Assembly (NCBI GenBank): GCA_043736515.1
Contig: JAYTCK010000021.1
Location: 3,607-67,606, forward strand
DNA: 64,000 nucleotides
Direction of reading: 5' to 3'
Source of the DNA: a bacterium
GTDB taxonomy: Bacteria; Patescibacteriota; Minisyncoccia; Phycocordibacterales; UBA6899
The notes beneath the pieces are model-generated. The model did not search any database and was not told the origin of the DNA. It saw only the letters and a list, made by a program, of their open reading frames with translations. This document shows, one piece after another, positions 10,806-20,588 of this stretch. Within the stretch, counting starts at the first letter, position 1. The number at the start of each line of letters is the position of its first letter. Both the position numbers and the translations under genes were made by a program.

Positions 10806-11393
10806 CTAGAGCTGAGAAGCTTGGAGGGCGTTATTTACTCCGAGAAGAAGTGCTGTGCGCTCACGATGCACACTCAGAAGTGTATCAGGAGTCCACGCCT
10901 CGTCAGCAAGGAGGTGTGCGTATGCTTCCCCTCCTTCCCAATATCCAAGGTGTGCGAGGAGGCGGATCACGAGCAAAAGCTCAGCAGCGCGTAAATGCGC
11001 TTCGTCGGAAATTTGCTCGAGAAATTGGAGTCCGGAAATAATATCATCAAACAGCGCTTCATGACGTTCCTCACCTTGAATGAGACGCTCCAAGAGCCCT
11101 GCATGGTGTGCGAGAATACGACGTTTTGATGTATGCCGCCAGAGTTCACCATGTGAGTGCGTAGGGCGGGCAGAGATAAGCCGCCACCCATGTTTACCGC
11201 GAATAAGGTCGATCTCGGCATGCGAGAACGTTTGAAGTGCGTAGCGCAATTTTGAACGCGACTCGCGAAGACTCTTCGCATGTGCCATGACCAGCCCGAG
11301 TTCGCGTGTATAGCAAAAAAGACTGCGGTCTCCTTCGCCGACAGCCCGCCCGCCCAAGATCAAGGCTTCCGTATGATAGATATGATAGGACAC
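10806..11393 (-). CDS. recO: DNA repair protein RecO (short form)
   Basis: 195 aa. The N-terminal OB-fold pattern HTEALILGGRAVGEGDRSLFCYTRELGLVMAHAKSLRESRSKLR matches the RecO N-terminal consensus. Shorter than typical RecO. Confidence 0.55.
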   Translation of the reverse strand: MSYHIYHTEALILGGRAVGEGDRSLFCYTRELGLVMAHAKSLRESRSKLRYALQTFSHAEIDLIRGKHGWRLISARPTHSHGELWRHTSKRRILAHHAGLLERLIQGEERHEALFDDIISGLQFLEQISDEAHLRAAELLLVIRLLAHLGYWEGGEAYAHLLADEAWTPDTLLSVHRERTALLLGVNNALQASQL

Positions 11394-11471
11394 TTGCTCA
11401 GTATACAGTTGGCTGTTTCCTGTTGCCAGAAAAGCAAAAGCCGGAATTTTATGAGATTTTACCTTGAGATA

Positions 11472-14400
11472 TTACACACGAGAAACTGCAAGCGCGGACC
11501 CCTCAACGTAACTTGTGGCACCGACAGTGCTCATTACTTCTTCTTTGTACTTCTCAAGGAGTGGCTCAAGCACGCTTGGAATGGTGAGCACAATACGGTC
11601 GTTCGGATTGAGTTCTGCTTTCTTGCGGAGATCCTGAATGGTACGAACAAGATCACGCATGTCACCTTCTTCTTTTAATTCCGGGGTAATGATTGTATCC
11701 AGTTCTACTTCGTTACCTTCTACCACTTCCTTAACATTAACCTCGTCAGAAACGATCGCTTTCATTGCCTCGGAAAGTTTCGGTGCAGAGAGTGACGCGA
11801 GCGGTTGGCGCACTTTTATACCCGCCTTCGCGCGGATCTCAAGTGCACGAGTCACAACTTTGCGTGCTTCCTCCATTTCTTCGAGGATGGTGCTCGGGGC
11901 GACTCCGATCGAAGGCCAATTCTCAAGATGGACGCTTTGTTTTTGGCCCGTCATAGGAAGTCGACGATAGAGGTCATCTGCAAGAAACGGCATGAATGGC
12001 GCAATCAGTTTTGAAAGCTGGAGCAGTATCCACCCGGTCGTATCTATGGCAAAGGAGCGGTCTGCCCCATCTTCTGACTTGAATCTGTCTCTGGAGCGGC
12101 GTAGGTACCACGTCGAGAGATCTTCGACGAACGGCACAATCGGTCGCGTCGCCTTATCAAGCTCGTGCGTATCGAGGTGGTGCGTTACCTCAGCATGGGT
12201 TTCATACCAGCGCGCAAGGATCCATCGGTCGAGGACGTGCGTGCTTTTTGGCACTTCGCTCGGCACAGCTTTTCCTGCCGCATACATTTCATAAAATGAG
12301 CGGACATTGTCGATGCGGAGTGTCATTTTTTTGAAAATCTCATCCACCCCCGACGCAGCAAAACGCAATTCCTCACTGCGCACAACGGGCGAGTTCATCA
12401 TGTAAAACCGGAGTGCGTCTGCACCATACTTTTGCGCAAGCAAGAGCGGATCGGGATAATTCTTGAGCTTCTTCGACATTTTTTGTCCGTCTTCAGCAAG
12501 GATGAGGCCGGTCATGATGACGCTTTTGTATGCCGCACGATCAAAAAGCCCAACAGAAAGGACGAGCATTGAGTAAAACCACCCGCGTGTTTGATCAACG
12601 CCTTCAGCAATAAAATCTGCCGGGAAATTTTTCATGAACAGCTTCCCCTCACGCGTCGTCTCGTCACCCATATAATGAAACTGCGCATAGGGCATCGAGC
12701 CGGATTCAAACCAGCAATCAAACACTTCGGGAATGCGACGCATAGTACCGAGTTCGCACGAGCAAAGATATTCGATGCGATCAATATAAGGGCGATGGAG
12801 GTCGAGCTCGAAACTACTGTTGTGTGGAATGGGTACAAACTGAAGCTCTCGCGCTTGTGCGTAGCCAATATAGTCATCCTCTCCCTCTACGCGCATCCAA
12901 GCCGCTTCCCCTGGTGTTGCCCCACGCGCGACCGCATCCATCATCCACGAACCGTACTCGTGAGTGACAAGCAGAATATGTTTACCTTTATACTTTGCAT
13001 CAATGTCGTACAAGAATTCGGCGATGCGTGTTTTCATCTGCTCCAGATTTTCACCGTTGGGGCTTGGCTTCGTGAATTTTTCCAAGGTGGATGTGAAATA
13101 TGATCGGTAGGTTTCAATAGCGCACCCACTGAAGTCTCCTGTATTTACTTCCGCAATGCGCGGATCGATAAGAATATCTGCTTCCGGAATACCCAGCACA
13201 CCCGCGACGATTGCGGCGGTTTCTTTTGTGCGGAGCACCGGAGAAGCGATGATGAGATCAATACCCGCATCCTTCAATTTTGAAGCATTCGTCTTCACGC
13301 TCGCCCGCCCCTTCTCCGTCAGATGAATATCATCCTCCGGTTTGTAGCTCACCACACCGCGCACGTTGGAGTCCGACTCGCCGTGACGCATAACGGTGTA
13401 GCGATTGTTTGCCCCGATTTTTTCTTTGAGTTCGGAGACGGATCCGAGCGTGTCTACCTTGCCGCACTTATTGCATTTCCACACAGGAAGCGGCGCTCCC
13501 CAGTAGCGACTGCGCGAAATAGCCCAATCGCGTGCTCCTTCGAGCCACTTTCCAAAACGCCCCTCGCGTGCGTTCTCGGGAATCCAATTAATCTCTTTGT
13601 TCTCTTCGATCAGACGGGGTTTCAGTGCCGTCACATTCACAAACCACGATGATGCGGCGTAATTAAGCAGCGGAGTATCACAGCGCCAGCAATGCGGATA
13701 GCTGTGTTCTATTTTTTCTTTTGCAAATAAAACTCCTTTAGCTGCAAGTACTTTAATCACCGCGACATCGGTCGATGTGTGGTCGTCCTTGGGTTTCGCT
13801 TGAAGTCCTGCGAAGTCAGTAACCTCGGGTTTCATTCTGCCGTCCATTCCCACATGCTGAATCAGTGGGAGCTTCAGCTTCTTTGCTAGCTCCATATCTT
13901 CTTCACCGAATGCCGGTGCTTCGTGCACGATACCTGTTCCACTTTCGACGGTCACAAAGTCCGCCCCGACAACCTTCCAGGCATTCTCGCGGTGCTCGAG
14001 TTTTTCGTCGTTGGTGTAATAGTCAAAGATGGGTGCATATGAAAGTCCTACGAATGCTTTTCCCTTGCGTTCCTCGACAATCTCGTATTCTTTGTCTTTG
14101 AAAACGCGCGCAACTAATTCTTTTGCGACGACGTAGCGCTTTCCTCCGTGAAGGACGACCACATACATGACATCGGGATTAACTGCGACCGCAACATTGC
14201 CCGGGAGAGTCCACGGTGTTGTCGTCCATGCAATAAGAAAAGTCCCTTGCTCTTCGAGAAGTTGAAACAACACATACACCGAAATATCTTTGATATCTTT
14301 GTACGCAAGCGTGACTTCCGATGCGGCAAGTGTTGTCTCACAGCGCGGACAAATGTGCATCGATTTAAATCCCTCGTAAATCAGCTTTTTGTCATAGAGG

Positions 14401-14939
14401 GTTTTGAACGCCCACCATACGCTTTCGGAATATGATGAATCCATTGTCTTGTATTCATTTTCCATGTCCACAAAGCGGCCCATGCGCGGCACAATGGCGC
14501 GCCACTCCTCATCGTAGCGAAAAACACTCTCTCGTGCTTTTTGGTTGAACTTTTCAATACCATATTCTTCAATATCTTTCTTGGCCTTGAAACCGAGTTC
14601 TTTCTCGATGATATTCTCGATGGGAAGCCCGTGACAGTCCCATCCCCACTGGCGACGCACGAAGCGGCCGCGCATTGTTTGGTAGCGTGGAATCACGTCT
14701 TTTATCGTCCCCTGAAGCAAGTGCCCGTAGTGCGGAAGTCCTGTGGCAAACGGTGGGCCATCATAAAAAACGTACGGCTCATTCCCTTCTGTCTGCACAA
14801 GAGATTTCTGAAAAATACTTTCGGCCTTCCAGTGCCGAAGCACTTCTTCCTCGCGCTCCGGAATGGAGTCATTTTTTTTCAACGGTGGAGGTACTGCCGA
14901 TGCGGTACTATTGTCTTTCTTTTGTTCATCGGTGGCCAT
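11472..14939 (-). CDS. ileS: Isoleucyl-tRNA synthetase (type 2) with an inserted histidine-phosphatase (PGAM-like) domain
   Basis: 1155 aa. PPFATGLPHYGH HIGH motif, WTTTPWTLPGN editing domain, KMSKKL. About aa 512-705 (nt ~12825-13406) carry RHGESDSN plus a downstream LLVTHEYGS, a complete histidine-phosphatase domain inserted between the CNKCG zinc knuckle and DLHRPYID. Confidence 0.9.
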   Translation of the reverse strand: MATDEQKKDNSTASAVPPPLKKNDSIPEREEEVLRHWKAESIFQKSLVQTEGNEPYVFYDGPPFATGLPHYGHLLQGTIKDVIPRYQTMRGRFVRRQWGWDCHGLPIENIIEKELGFKAKKDIEEYGIEKFNQKARESVFRYDEEWRAIVPRMGRFVDMENEYKTMDSSYSESVWWAFKTLYDKKLIYEGFKSMHICPRCETTLAASEVTLAYKDIKDISVYVLFQLLEEQGTFLIAWTTTPWTLPGNVAVAVNPDVMYVVVLHGGKRYVVAKELVARVFKDKEYEIVEERKGKAFVGLSYAPIFDYYTNDEKLEHRENAWKVVGADFVTVESGTGIVHEAPAFGEEDMELAKKLKLPLIQHVGMDGRMKPEVTDFAGLQAKPKDDHTSTDVAVIKVLAAKGVLFAKEKIEHSYPHCWRCDTPLLNYAASSWFVNVTALKPRLIEENKEINWIPENAREGRFGKWLEGARDWAISRSRYWGAPLPVWKCNKCGKVDTLGSVSELKEKIGANNRYTVMRHGESDSNVRGVVSYKPEDDIHLTEKGRASVKTNASKLKDAGIDLIIASPVLRTKETAAIVAGVLGIPEADILIDPRIAEVNTGDFSGCAIETYRSYFTSTLEKFTKPSPNGENLEQMKTRIAEFLYDIDAKYKGKHILLVTHEYGSWMMDAVARGATPGEAAWMRVEGEDDYIGYAQARELQFVPIPHNSSFELDLHRPYIDRIEYLCSCELGTMRRIPEVFDCWFESGSMPYAQFHYMGDETTREGKLFMKNFPADFIAEGVDQTRGWFYSMLVLSVGLFDRAAYKSVIMTGLILAEDGQKMSKKLKNYPDPLLLAQKYGADALRFYMMNSPVVRSEELRFAASGVDEIFKKMTLRIDNVRSFYEMYAAGKAVPSEVPKSTHVLDRWILARWYETHAEVTHHLDTHELDKATRPIVPFVEDLSTWYLRRSRDRFKSEDGADRSFAIDTTGWILLQLSKLIAPFMPFLADDLYRRLPMTGQKQSVHLENWPSIGVAPSTILEEMEEARKVVTRALEIRAKAGIKVRQPLASLSAPKLSEAMKAIVSDEVNVKEVVEGNEVELDTIITPELKEEGDMRDLVRTIQDLRKKAELNPNDRIVLTIPSVLEPLLEKYKEEVMSTVGATSYVEGSALAVSRV

Positions 14940-14975
14940 AGTGGGATTATACTATATGTTTTAGTGCCGAGTTGC

Positions 14976-15007
14976 AAAAAAAACCCGAACAACGGTCGTT
15001 GTTCGGG
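14976..15007 (-). terminator. Rho-independent terminator for the upstream minus-strand kinase gene
   Basis: Hairpin cccgaacaacg-gtc-gttgttcggg followed by a U8 run on the minus strand. Confidence 0.6.
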
Positions 15008-15010
15008 CTA

Positions 15011-15766
15011 TTATTCACTTTTTGAAAAAGCGAGCCATAAAAGGATTTTATGACGAAGTTGAGATTGGAGATGGGAGATCTCACCGCTATTATCGATCAC
15101 GAGGTGAGCGTAGGGTTTAAGCATCCGAATTTGCGCTTCAGCTTCCGCCTCGCGACGCATAAGAAATTCAGCATATGTCATTTCTGCATCCCCGGGATTT
15201 TCATTTCGGACCACGGTACGCCTGTATGCAATCTCCGGATTACATTCAAGATAGACAAGCCTGAAATTAGGCTCAGCAAGTATCGTGCCGATATCCACTA
15301 ATCTCCGAATGCCTTCGATTACAGCGACCGGGCTCCCTGAGCTCTGTTTCGAACTCCGCGCAATGATGGCTCGCTCGAGAATGTTCTCAGCGAAGATGGA
15401 CCGCAGCGCCGTGGAGAGACTCTGCATGGTGACGCGGTCGACTTTTATTTCGTTGTCGTTGAATAGCCAGTTCTGCACCACCCAATCAGTAAACTCAAGA
15501 AACCTATTTTCATGCGCTGCCCTCGCGACGATATCCCAAGGGTATACGGCACACAATCCCTCTTCGAGCGCGTGCTCGAGCTGGTCCCGATCCTCACGAG
15601 AATAGTCTCCTGCAATTTTGCGTTCATTGAACCAGACAATAAACTCGCGCAACGAATCAGAGAAGCGGAGGGAGCGCGTGCCCGGATATAACGTTTTGAC
15701 ATATGTTGCGGATGCAGTTTTGCCGCCGCCAATTTCGGCCACAAAACCAAGCTGAAGCTGTGCCAT
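15011..15766 (-). CDS. dNMP-kinase-like P-loop kinase (paralog A)
   Basis: 251 aa. GFVAEIGGGKTASATY P-loop, VIEGIRRLVDI and VIDNSGE motifs. Clearly paralogous to 20021..20578 and reminiscent of the T4 gp1 dNMP kinase family (IDDVRF.nE). Confidence 0.5.
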   Translation of the reverse strand: MAQLQLGFVAEIGGGKTASATYVKTLYPGTRSLRFSDSLREFIVWFNERKIAGDYSREDRDQLEHALEEGLCAVYPWDIVARAAHENRFLEFTDWVVQNWLFNDNEIKVDRVTMQSLSTALRSIFAENILERAIIARSSKQSSGSPVAVIEGIRRLVDIGTILAEPNFRLVYLECNPEIAYRRTVVRNENPGDAEMTYAEFLMRREAEAEAQIRMLKPYAHLVIDNSGEISHLQSQLRHKILLWLAFSKSE

Positions 15767-15894
15767 GTATTCTCACAATCAAAATAACAATCTATCCTGA
15801 ATGTTAAATTATTTGCGCAAAGAAATATCTATTGACAATGAGTGTGTCACATGGGAGATTTTCACGAGAGTGATCCTCACACAAAGGAGCGGCT

Positions 15895-16992
15895 ATGAGT
15901 GTCCAGGTTATGGTGCTTGAGGGAGGCCCGGGCGGCGGCAAAACATCCGTGCTCCCCTATGTGCGTCGCTTCTTCGAGAAGATCGGCTACACAGTCTTCA
16001 TTTCACCCGAAGCGGCGACCGACCTCATCAAAAGCGGAATAGTGCCCGGAAAAACTGTTCCAAACAAACTTTTCCAGAAATTGGTATTCGCAAAAATAAT
16101 CGAGTCTCTTGCGGCATGCCACAAGGCGGCGAATGCGCAAAGCGACAAAAAGTGCCTAATCTTTTGTGACCGCGGACTGCGTGGCGGTCTCGCCTATACG
16201 AGCCCGGGACACTTTGCACACCTCGCAAAAAAATTCGGCACACATCCCGAGATCCTCCGCGATCACCGCGCAGCTGCCGTGTTTCATATGCGCACTGCCG
16301 CACTGGGTGCTGAGAACTTCTATACCTGCGCAAACAACACGGCACGAGACGAAAATATTGAAGAAGCGCGTGCTCAGGATGAACGTTCCTTAAATGCATG
16401 GGTTGGACATCCGCATCTTCGCGTAATCCCCAATGTTACGGGCAGCTCGTTCAAGCAAAAACGTAGCCGGCTGATACGCGAGATCGTTCATTTTCTTAAC
16501 AAAAAAGAAATCGAGCGCAAATTTCTTGTTGAGTACCCTGATTTCAGTGTGCTCCCCCACCACGCACGCGTCCCGATCATTCAGCATTACCTCAAAAATG
16601 AAAAAGGTGAGAAGTGGCGGGTACGTGTACGAGGTGAGAGCAACGCACGCCTCTATACAGAAACAAAAAAGACGGGCGGAATCGGACTCTCATGCCACGA
16701 AGACGAGCATGTCATCACAAAGAATAAACACCACCATCTCGTCATGACCGCCCTTGATCGCACGCGCCAGCCGATCGAAAAGTACCGTCACTGCTTTGTC
16801 TTCGAAAATCAGTACTTTGAACTTGACGTCTTTAAGGATCCCAAACTCCCCTGTGCCGTCCTTGAGATTGAGCTTTTATCAGAGCATCAGCACGTGTCCC
16901 TGCCGCCATTTCTCAAAGTGATAAGAGAAGTGACCATGGACCCAGCATGGAAAAATAGCGCAATCGCAAAGCGTATTCCTGCTCTTCTCTAG
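15895..16992 (+). CDS. AAA_28/NadR-like P-loop ATPase fused to a C-terminal CYTH (triphosphate tunnel metalloenzyme) domain
   Basis: 365 aa. N-terminal VMVLEGGPGGGKTSVL Walker A and a downstream Walker B-like CLIFCDRG. C-terminal EIERKFLV (ExExK CYTH hallmark) plus further acidic/basic tunnel residues. RBS aaaggag lies upstream. Confidence 0.65.
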   Translation: MSVQVMVLEGGPGGGKTSVLPYVRRFFEKIGYTVFISPEAATDLIKSGIVPGKTVPNKLFQKLVFAKIIESLAACHKAANAQSDKKCLIFCDRGLRGGLAYTSPGHFAHLAKKFGTHPEILRDHRAAAVFHMRTAALGAENFYTCANNTARDENIEEARAQDERSLNAWVGHPHLRVIPNVTGSSFKQKRSRLIREIVHFLNKKEIERKFLVEYPDFSVLPHHARVPIIQHYLKNEKGEKWRVRVRGESNARLYTETKKTGGIGLSCHEDEHVITKNKHHHLVMTALDRTRQPIEKYRHCFVFENQYFELDVFKDPKLPCAVLEIELLSEHQHVSLPPFLKVIREVTMDPAWKNSAIAKRIPALL

Positions 16993-16996
16993 TCTT

Positions 16997-17022
16997 ATGC
17001 CCCATTACTGGGGCATTTTTTC
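16997..17022 (+). terminator. Rho-independent terminator
   Basis: atgcccc-attact-ggggcat followed by a T-run. Confidence 0.6.
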
Positions 17023-17031
17023 TTCTGCACA

Positions 17032-17283
17032 CTACAGATTGTGCATGTATACTGTGTCATTCCAATTCGCAACACCCTCAAGTGCGACGATGTCATCTTT
17101 GAGCTGGCGCTCATGAGTATCAAGCATCAGCATTTCCCGATTACGCTTTTTATTTTCTACAAATATCTCATAAGTATGGTAGCGATACAAAAAACCCGCA
17201 ATCAAACAGTTTGCAATAACGGCCATCACCACAAGGATGGTGAAGCCGTTTAATTGAATGATTTCTTTACGTTCGTTATTCAT
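17032..17283 (-). CDS. Small single-TM plus coiled-coil protein, possibly an FtsB/DivIC-like divisome component
   Basis: 83 aa. N-terminal TM then a heptad-like charged helix. Sits just upstream of a second similar small protein. Confidence 0.3.
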   Translation of the reverse strand: MNNERKEIIQLNGFTILVVMAVIANCLIAGFLYRYHTYEIFVENKKRNREMLMLDTHERQLKDDIVALEGVANWNDTVYMHNL

Positions 17284-17284
17284 G

Positions 17285-17518
17285 TTATTTAAGGATTGAG
17301 GTGGTCGTACTTGCGCGTAACTGGTCGCGATATAGGGTGAGCTTGGTTATTTGCAGTTCCGCCTGTGTTCGTTCATAGGCATTTTGAGCACGCAGTTTCG
17401 TCATACTCATTTCGTGAAGCGCGTACCCAACAAGCAGCGTCCCTATCATTGTAGCGCCGATAATTTTCCACACGCTCTTCATTGGTGTTTGCTCTGTTGT
17501 TGGGGTTTCAGTTTCCAT
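17285..17518 (-). CDS. Small membrane-anchored coiled-coil protein (FtsL-like?)
   Basis: 77 aa. TM (IIGATMIGTLLVGYAL) followed by a helical QxxL-rich segment. Confidence 0.3.
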   Translation of the reverse strand: METETPTTEQTPMKSVWKIIGATMIGTLLVGYALHEMSMTKLRAQNAYERTQAELQITKLTLYRDQLRASTTTSILK

Positions 17519-17549
17519 ATTTATGATTTTATAGGATTTTCATTCTTGA

Positions 17550-19202
17550 TTACATCTTAGTTGGTGCGGGGATGCCAAGCAACCCTAAACCTTGTTTCAG
17601 AATACACGAGGTCATTTCTACGAGTGCGAGCTTGTATGGCTCGTCCGGAGCACCGTCGAGTACAATCGTATTGCCGTAAAACCCATTAAACTCTCGCGCG
17701 AGCTCAATTAAGTAGGTCGCCACATAGTGCGGCTGGCGTTCAGCTTGGGCGCGAAGCACGATCTCGGGGAATCGTAGGATGTGCTTATGGAGTGAGGGGA
17801 CTTCTGTATGCACCATTGTAGAGACATCACTTTTCTTGCCCTCCCCCTTTGCGAGAAGCGATCGTGTACGAGCATATGTGTACTGAAGGTACGGCCCGGA
17901 ATCCCCCTCGAAAGAGAGCGATTGCTCAAAATCAAAAATAATATCTTTGCCGGAAGCCTGGCGCAGAATTGAATATTTTATTGCACCAATTGCAACTTGC
18001 TCCGCGATCGTATTTTTTTCCTCGTCGGAAAACTTACTCTCGGCAATTTTTGCACATGCTTTTACTTTCGTTTCCTCAATGAGCGACTCTGCGGTGATGA
18101 CATCTCCTGTGCGTGACGACATCTTACCAGTAGGTAGCCTCAGCATTCCGTGGGAATAGTGCTCCGTCTTCGCTCTCAAGTCTGGCAAAACTTTACTCAT
18201 TGCATCAAGGAGAACCTTGAAGTAGTCGTTAATTTCATTTCCTGTAATGATGATTGAAATGTCGTAGGAAAATTTATCATATTTGATTTTTGCAAAACCA
18301 AGCTCTTTTGCTTCATATGTGGGTAGTCCTTCTTTATTGATGAATACACGAGTATGCAATCCTTTTGACTCATCACCCTTATAGACCACAGCACCATCGC
18401 TTTTTTCAAAAATATCTGGGCGCTGCAGAACAAGCTCCTTACCAAAGCCCCCCGTCTCACTTTCAAAAAAATACTCATCGAATTGGGTTCCGAGGCGCTT
18501 ATAGATTTTCTCAAAATATTCGAGACTTTCTTTCCGTCCCGCATCATAGAGTGCGTTGATTGCCTCATCCGAACGCACATAGATTTTTTTATTTAATTCG
18601 GAAATTTCCGTTTTTGCCTCATCGCTCGCACGTGCCCCTGCCGCATATGCCTGTGCCCACGAAAGTTCCGGGTTATGCGATTTTCCCCACATCGCCTTCG
18701 CCACATGAAGTCCCACATCGCCCTGATAACAGGCGCGTTTTGTTTCAGCGCCCGAGACTTCAATGAGACGAGATATGGACTCGCCAATAGTGTTCGCCAT
18801 CAGGTGGCCGATATGAAATTCCTTAAACGGATTAGGGTCGGTGTATTCGACAATAACTTTTTTGCCATTAAGGGTATCGTTCGCACCGAATTGTTCGCCC
18901 AGAGCGAGTGCGGCATCGAGCGCCTGTGCAAAATAGTCTTTTGAAAGGGTAAAATTAATGAATCCGGGACCGGCAATTTCAATTGCGGCAATATTGGGAT
19001 CGTTGACTGCGTTCAATTTCGCCACAATTTCCTCTGCCAGCTGCCGAGGATTTTTGCCCGCTTTTTTCGCTCCAGCCATAGCGACATTGGTCGCCCAATC
19101 TCCATGGCTTAAATCAGCGGGGTGTTCCAAAAGAACAGGAATGTCGTTTATTCCCAGTCCCCCCAAAATATTTACCAAATACTGCTTCAACGCTGTGTCC
19201 AT
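17550..19202 (-). CDS. argS: Arginyl-tRNA synthetase
   Basis: HIGH motif EYTDPNPFKEFHIGHL and the ArgRS N-terminal add-1 domain. Start trimmed to the ATG of MDTALKQ; the track start at 19226 is TTG. Confidence 0.9.
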   Translation of the reverse strand: MDTALKQYLVNILGGLGINDIPVLLEHPADLSHGDWATNVAMAGAKKAGKNPRQLAEEIVAKLNAVNDPNIAAIEIAGPGFINFTLSKDYFAQALDAALALGEQFGANDTLNGKKVIVEYTDPNPFKEFHIGHLMANTIGESISRLIEVSGAETKRACYQGDVGLHVAKAMWGKSHNPELSWAQAYAAGARASDEAKTEISELNKKIYVRSDEAINALYDAGRKESLEYFEKIYKRLGTQFDEYFFESETGGFGKELVLQRPDIFEKSDGAVVYKGDESKGLHTRVFINKEGLPTYEAKELGFAKIKYDKFSYDISIIITGNEINDYFKVLLDAMSKVLPDLRAKTEHYSHGMLRLPTGKMSSRTGDVITAESLIEETKVKACAKIAESKFSDEEKNTIAEQVAIGAIKYSILRQASGKDIIFDFEQSLSFEGDSGPYLQYTYARTRSLLAKGEGKKSDVSTMVHTEVPSLHKHILRFPEIVLRAQAERQPHYVATYLIELAREFNGFYGNTIVLDGAPDEPYKLALVEMTSCILKQGLGLLGIPAPTKM

Positions 19203-19265
19203 AGAGAGATAGTAACATAGGCGCAAAAAGAAAAAAGCCCGGATCTATGACCCTGGCTTCTTTGG

Positions 19266-19952
19266 TTATACAATTCCTTTTTCTTTGAGATATGCGTAGA
19301 TCTCTTCGTGGATGACTTCTTTTGGTCGAAGCGTCTGACTGTCCGCCATGCAGTTAATCACTTTCCATCCCTCGCGAGTTGCCACTTCGAGATATGCACC
19401 TGAAGCCTTTTGCAAATGACTGAGATCGGCCTCGTGAATATCACGCTTTTTACCCTGGGTGTATTCTCGTGCAGCTTTTTTGTCCACGAGCATCTGCCCA
19501 ACTTCAGGGGGCACATACAAGAGGACGTTCGCATCAGGACGCGGCAATTCAAATATGCCGTACTCAAGCTCTTTCAGCCATTCAATGCATTCCGCACGTT
19601 CTGTAGGATCATCGATCTTCCCTGCCTGATGACCCATGTTAGAAGAAACATAACGGTTGCTCACAATGATGGCACCTTCTTGGAGCGACTTCCGCATGTC
19701 GAAGGAAGCATCGTAACGATCAAGCGCATAAAAGAGCGATGCTTTCTTGGCTCCAATTGTTTCAAGCGGTCCGTATTCCCCGCGCAAATATCTTTCCACA
19801 AAATATGCTGAAGGGTTTTTATATCGTGGAAAATCAGCAAGCGATGCGTTTCTGCCTTCTCTCGCCAGTCGCTCAATGAGCATCCCCGCATGAGTGGCTT
19901 TTCCTGAGCCATCAGTGCCGTCAATTACCACAAGTTTGCCGAGTGTGTTCAT
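19266..19952 (-). CDS. tmk: Thymidylate kinase
   Basis: 228 aa. VIDGTDGSGKAT P-loop and DRY-like motif, typical Tmk. Confidence 0.85.
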   Translation of the reverse strand: MNTLGKLVVIDGTDGSGKATHAGMLIERLAREGRNASLADFPRYKNPSAYFVERYLRGEYGPLETIGAKKASLFYALDRYDASFDMRKSLQEGAIIVSNRYVSSNMGHQAGKIDDPTERAECIEWLKELEYGIFELPRPDANVLLYVPPEVGQMLVDKKAAREYTQGKKRDIHEADLSHLQKASGAYLEVATREGWKVINCMADSQTLRPKEVIHEEIYAYLKEKGIV

Positions 19953-20020
19953 ATTATTACCCTAAAGATCTTGTACTATTAACATTCTCGCACGGAGAGA
20001 GCCGTGCGACGAATTTTTTA

Positions 20021-20578
20021 CTACTCTCCGTACTTTTTGACGATTGCGTCAAGCGCAGCTTGGAGCTCAGGAAGACTCCCCGAGTTATCAATCACATCAG
20101 CGGCAAAAGCTTCCAGCTGTGTAATGCCGCGCTCTGCTTCGCGTTGATGATCTCTTTCAAATTCTTCAAATGTCTTCGTCGCATCGTCGGCCTTTTCCCC
20201 GCGCTTCACCATGCGTTCGTACCGTGTGCGCATGGGGGCGCTAATATAGCAGAGTTTAAAATCAGGTAATTCCCGCAAATACTTCACATCTTCAAGTCTT
20301 CTCACCCCGTCGATCACAATAAGATTTGCGGTGGCGCCACGCGCATCTTCAAACATGATCTTTGCGAGCAGATCTTCACCAAATTCTTTACGCAACGATG
20401 AAGAGAGGCGCTGCAGTGTGTCGCGATCAGTAGCAAGGTGGAGGCGCCCTACAATATCAAAAAGGGGCGTTGAGAAACGAAAGGTTTCCGCAGCAAACTT
20501 TTCTCGGAGATAGTCCGCACAGGTACCCTTTCCCGCGGCAATTTCTCCAGCAAAACCTAAAATTATTTTTTTTGGCAT
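20021..20578 (-). CDS. dNMP-kinase-like P-loop kinase (paralog B)
   Basis: Start trimmed to MPKKIILGFAGEIAAGKGT. VIDGVRRLEDVKYLRE and VIDNSGS motifs, paralogous to 15011..15766. Trimmed start abuts the dCMP deaminase stop. Confidence 0.55.
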   Translation of the reverse strand: MPKKIILGFAGEIAAGKGTCADYLREKFAAETFRFSTPLFDIVGRLHLATDRDTLQRLSSSLRKEFGEDLLAKIMFEDARGATANLIVIDGVRRLEDVKYLRELPDFKLCYISAPMRTRYERMVKRGEKADDATKTFEEFERDHQREAERGITQLEAFAADVIDNSGSLPELQAALDAIVKKYGE

Positions 20579-20588
20579 TATGTAAAAA

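Noticed and set aside
12825-13406. Possible intein in IleRS (the insert ends ...PIPHN followed by S)
   Set aside because: The insert has the RHGESDSN histidine-phosphatase signature and no Hint blocks (no N-terminal Cys/Ser splice junction and no TxxH block B). The HN-S is most likely coincidental.
19953-20020. Plus-strand hairpin cgcacgg-agagag-ccgtgcg plus T-run in a minus-strand gene region
   Set aside because: It could be an orphan plus-strand terminator or the 3' end of an unannotated tiny ORF. No supporting gene was found, so it is left unassigned.
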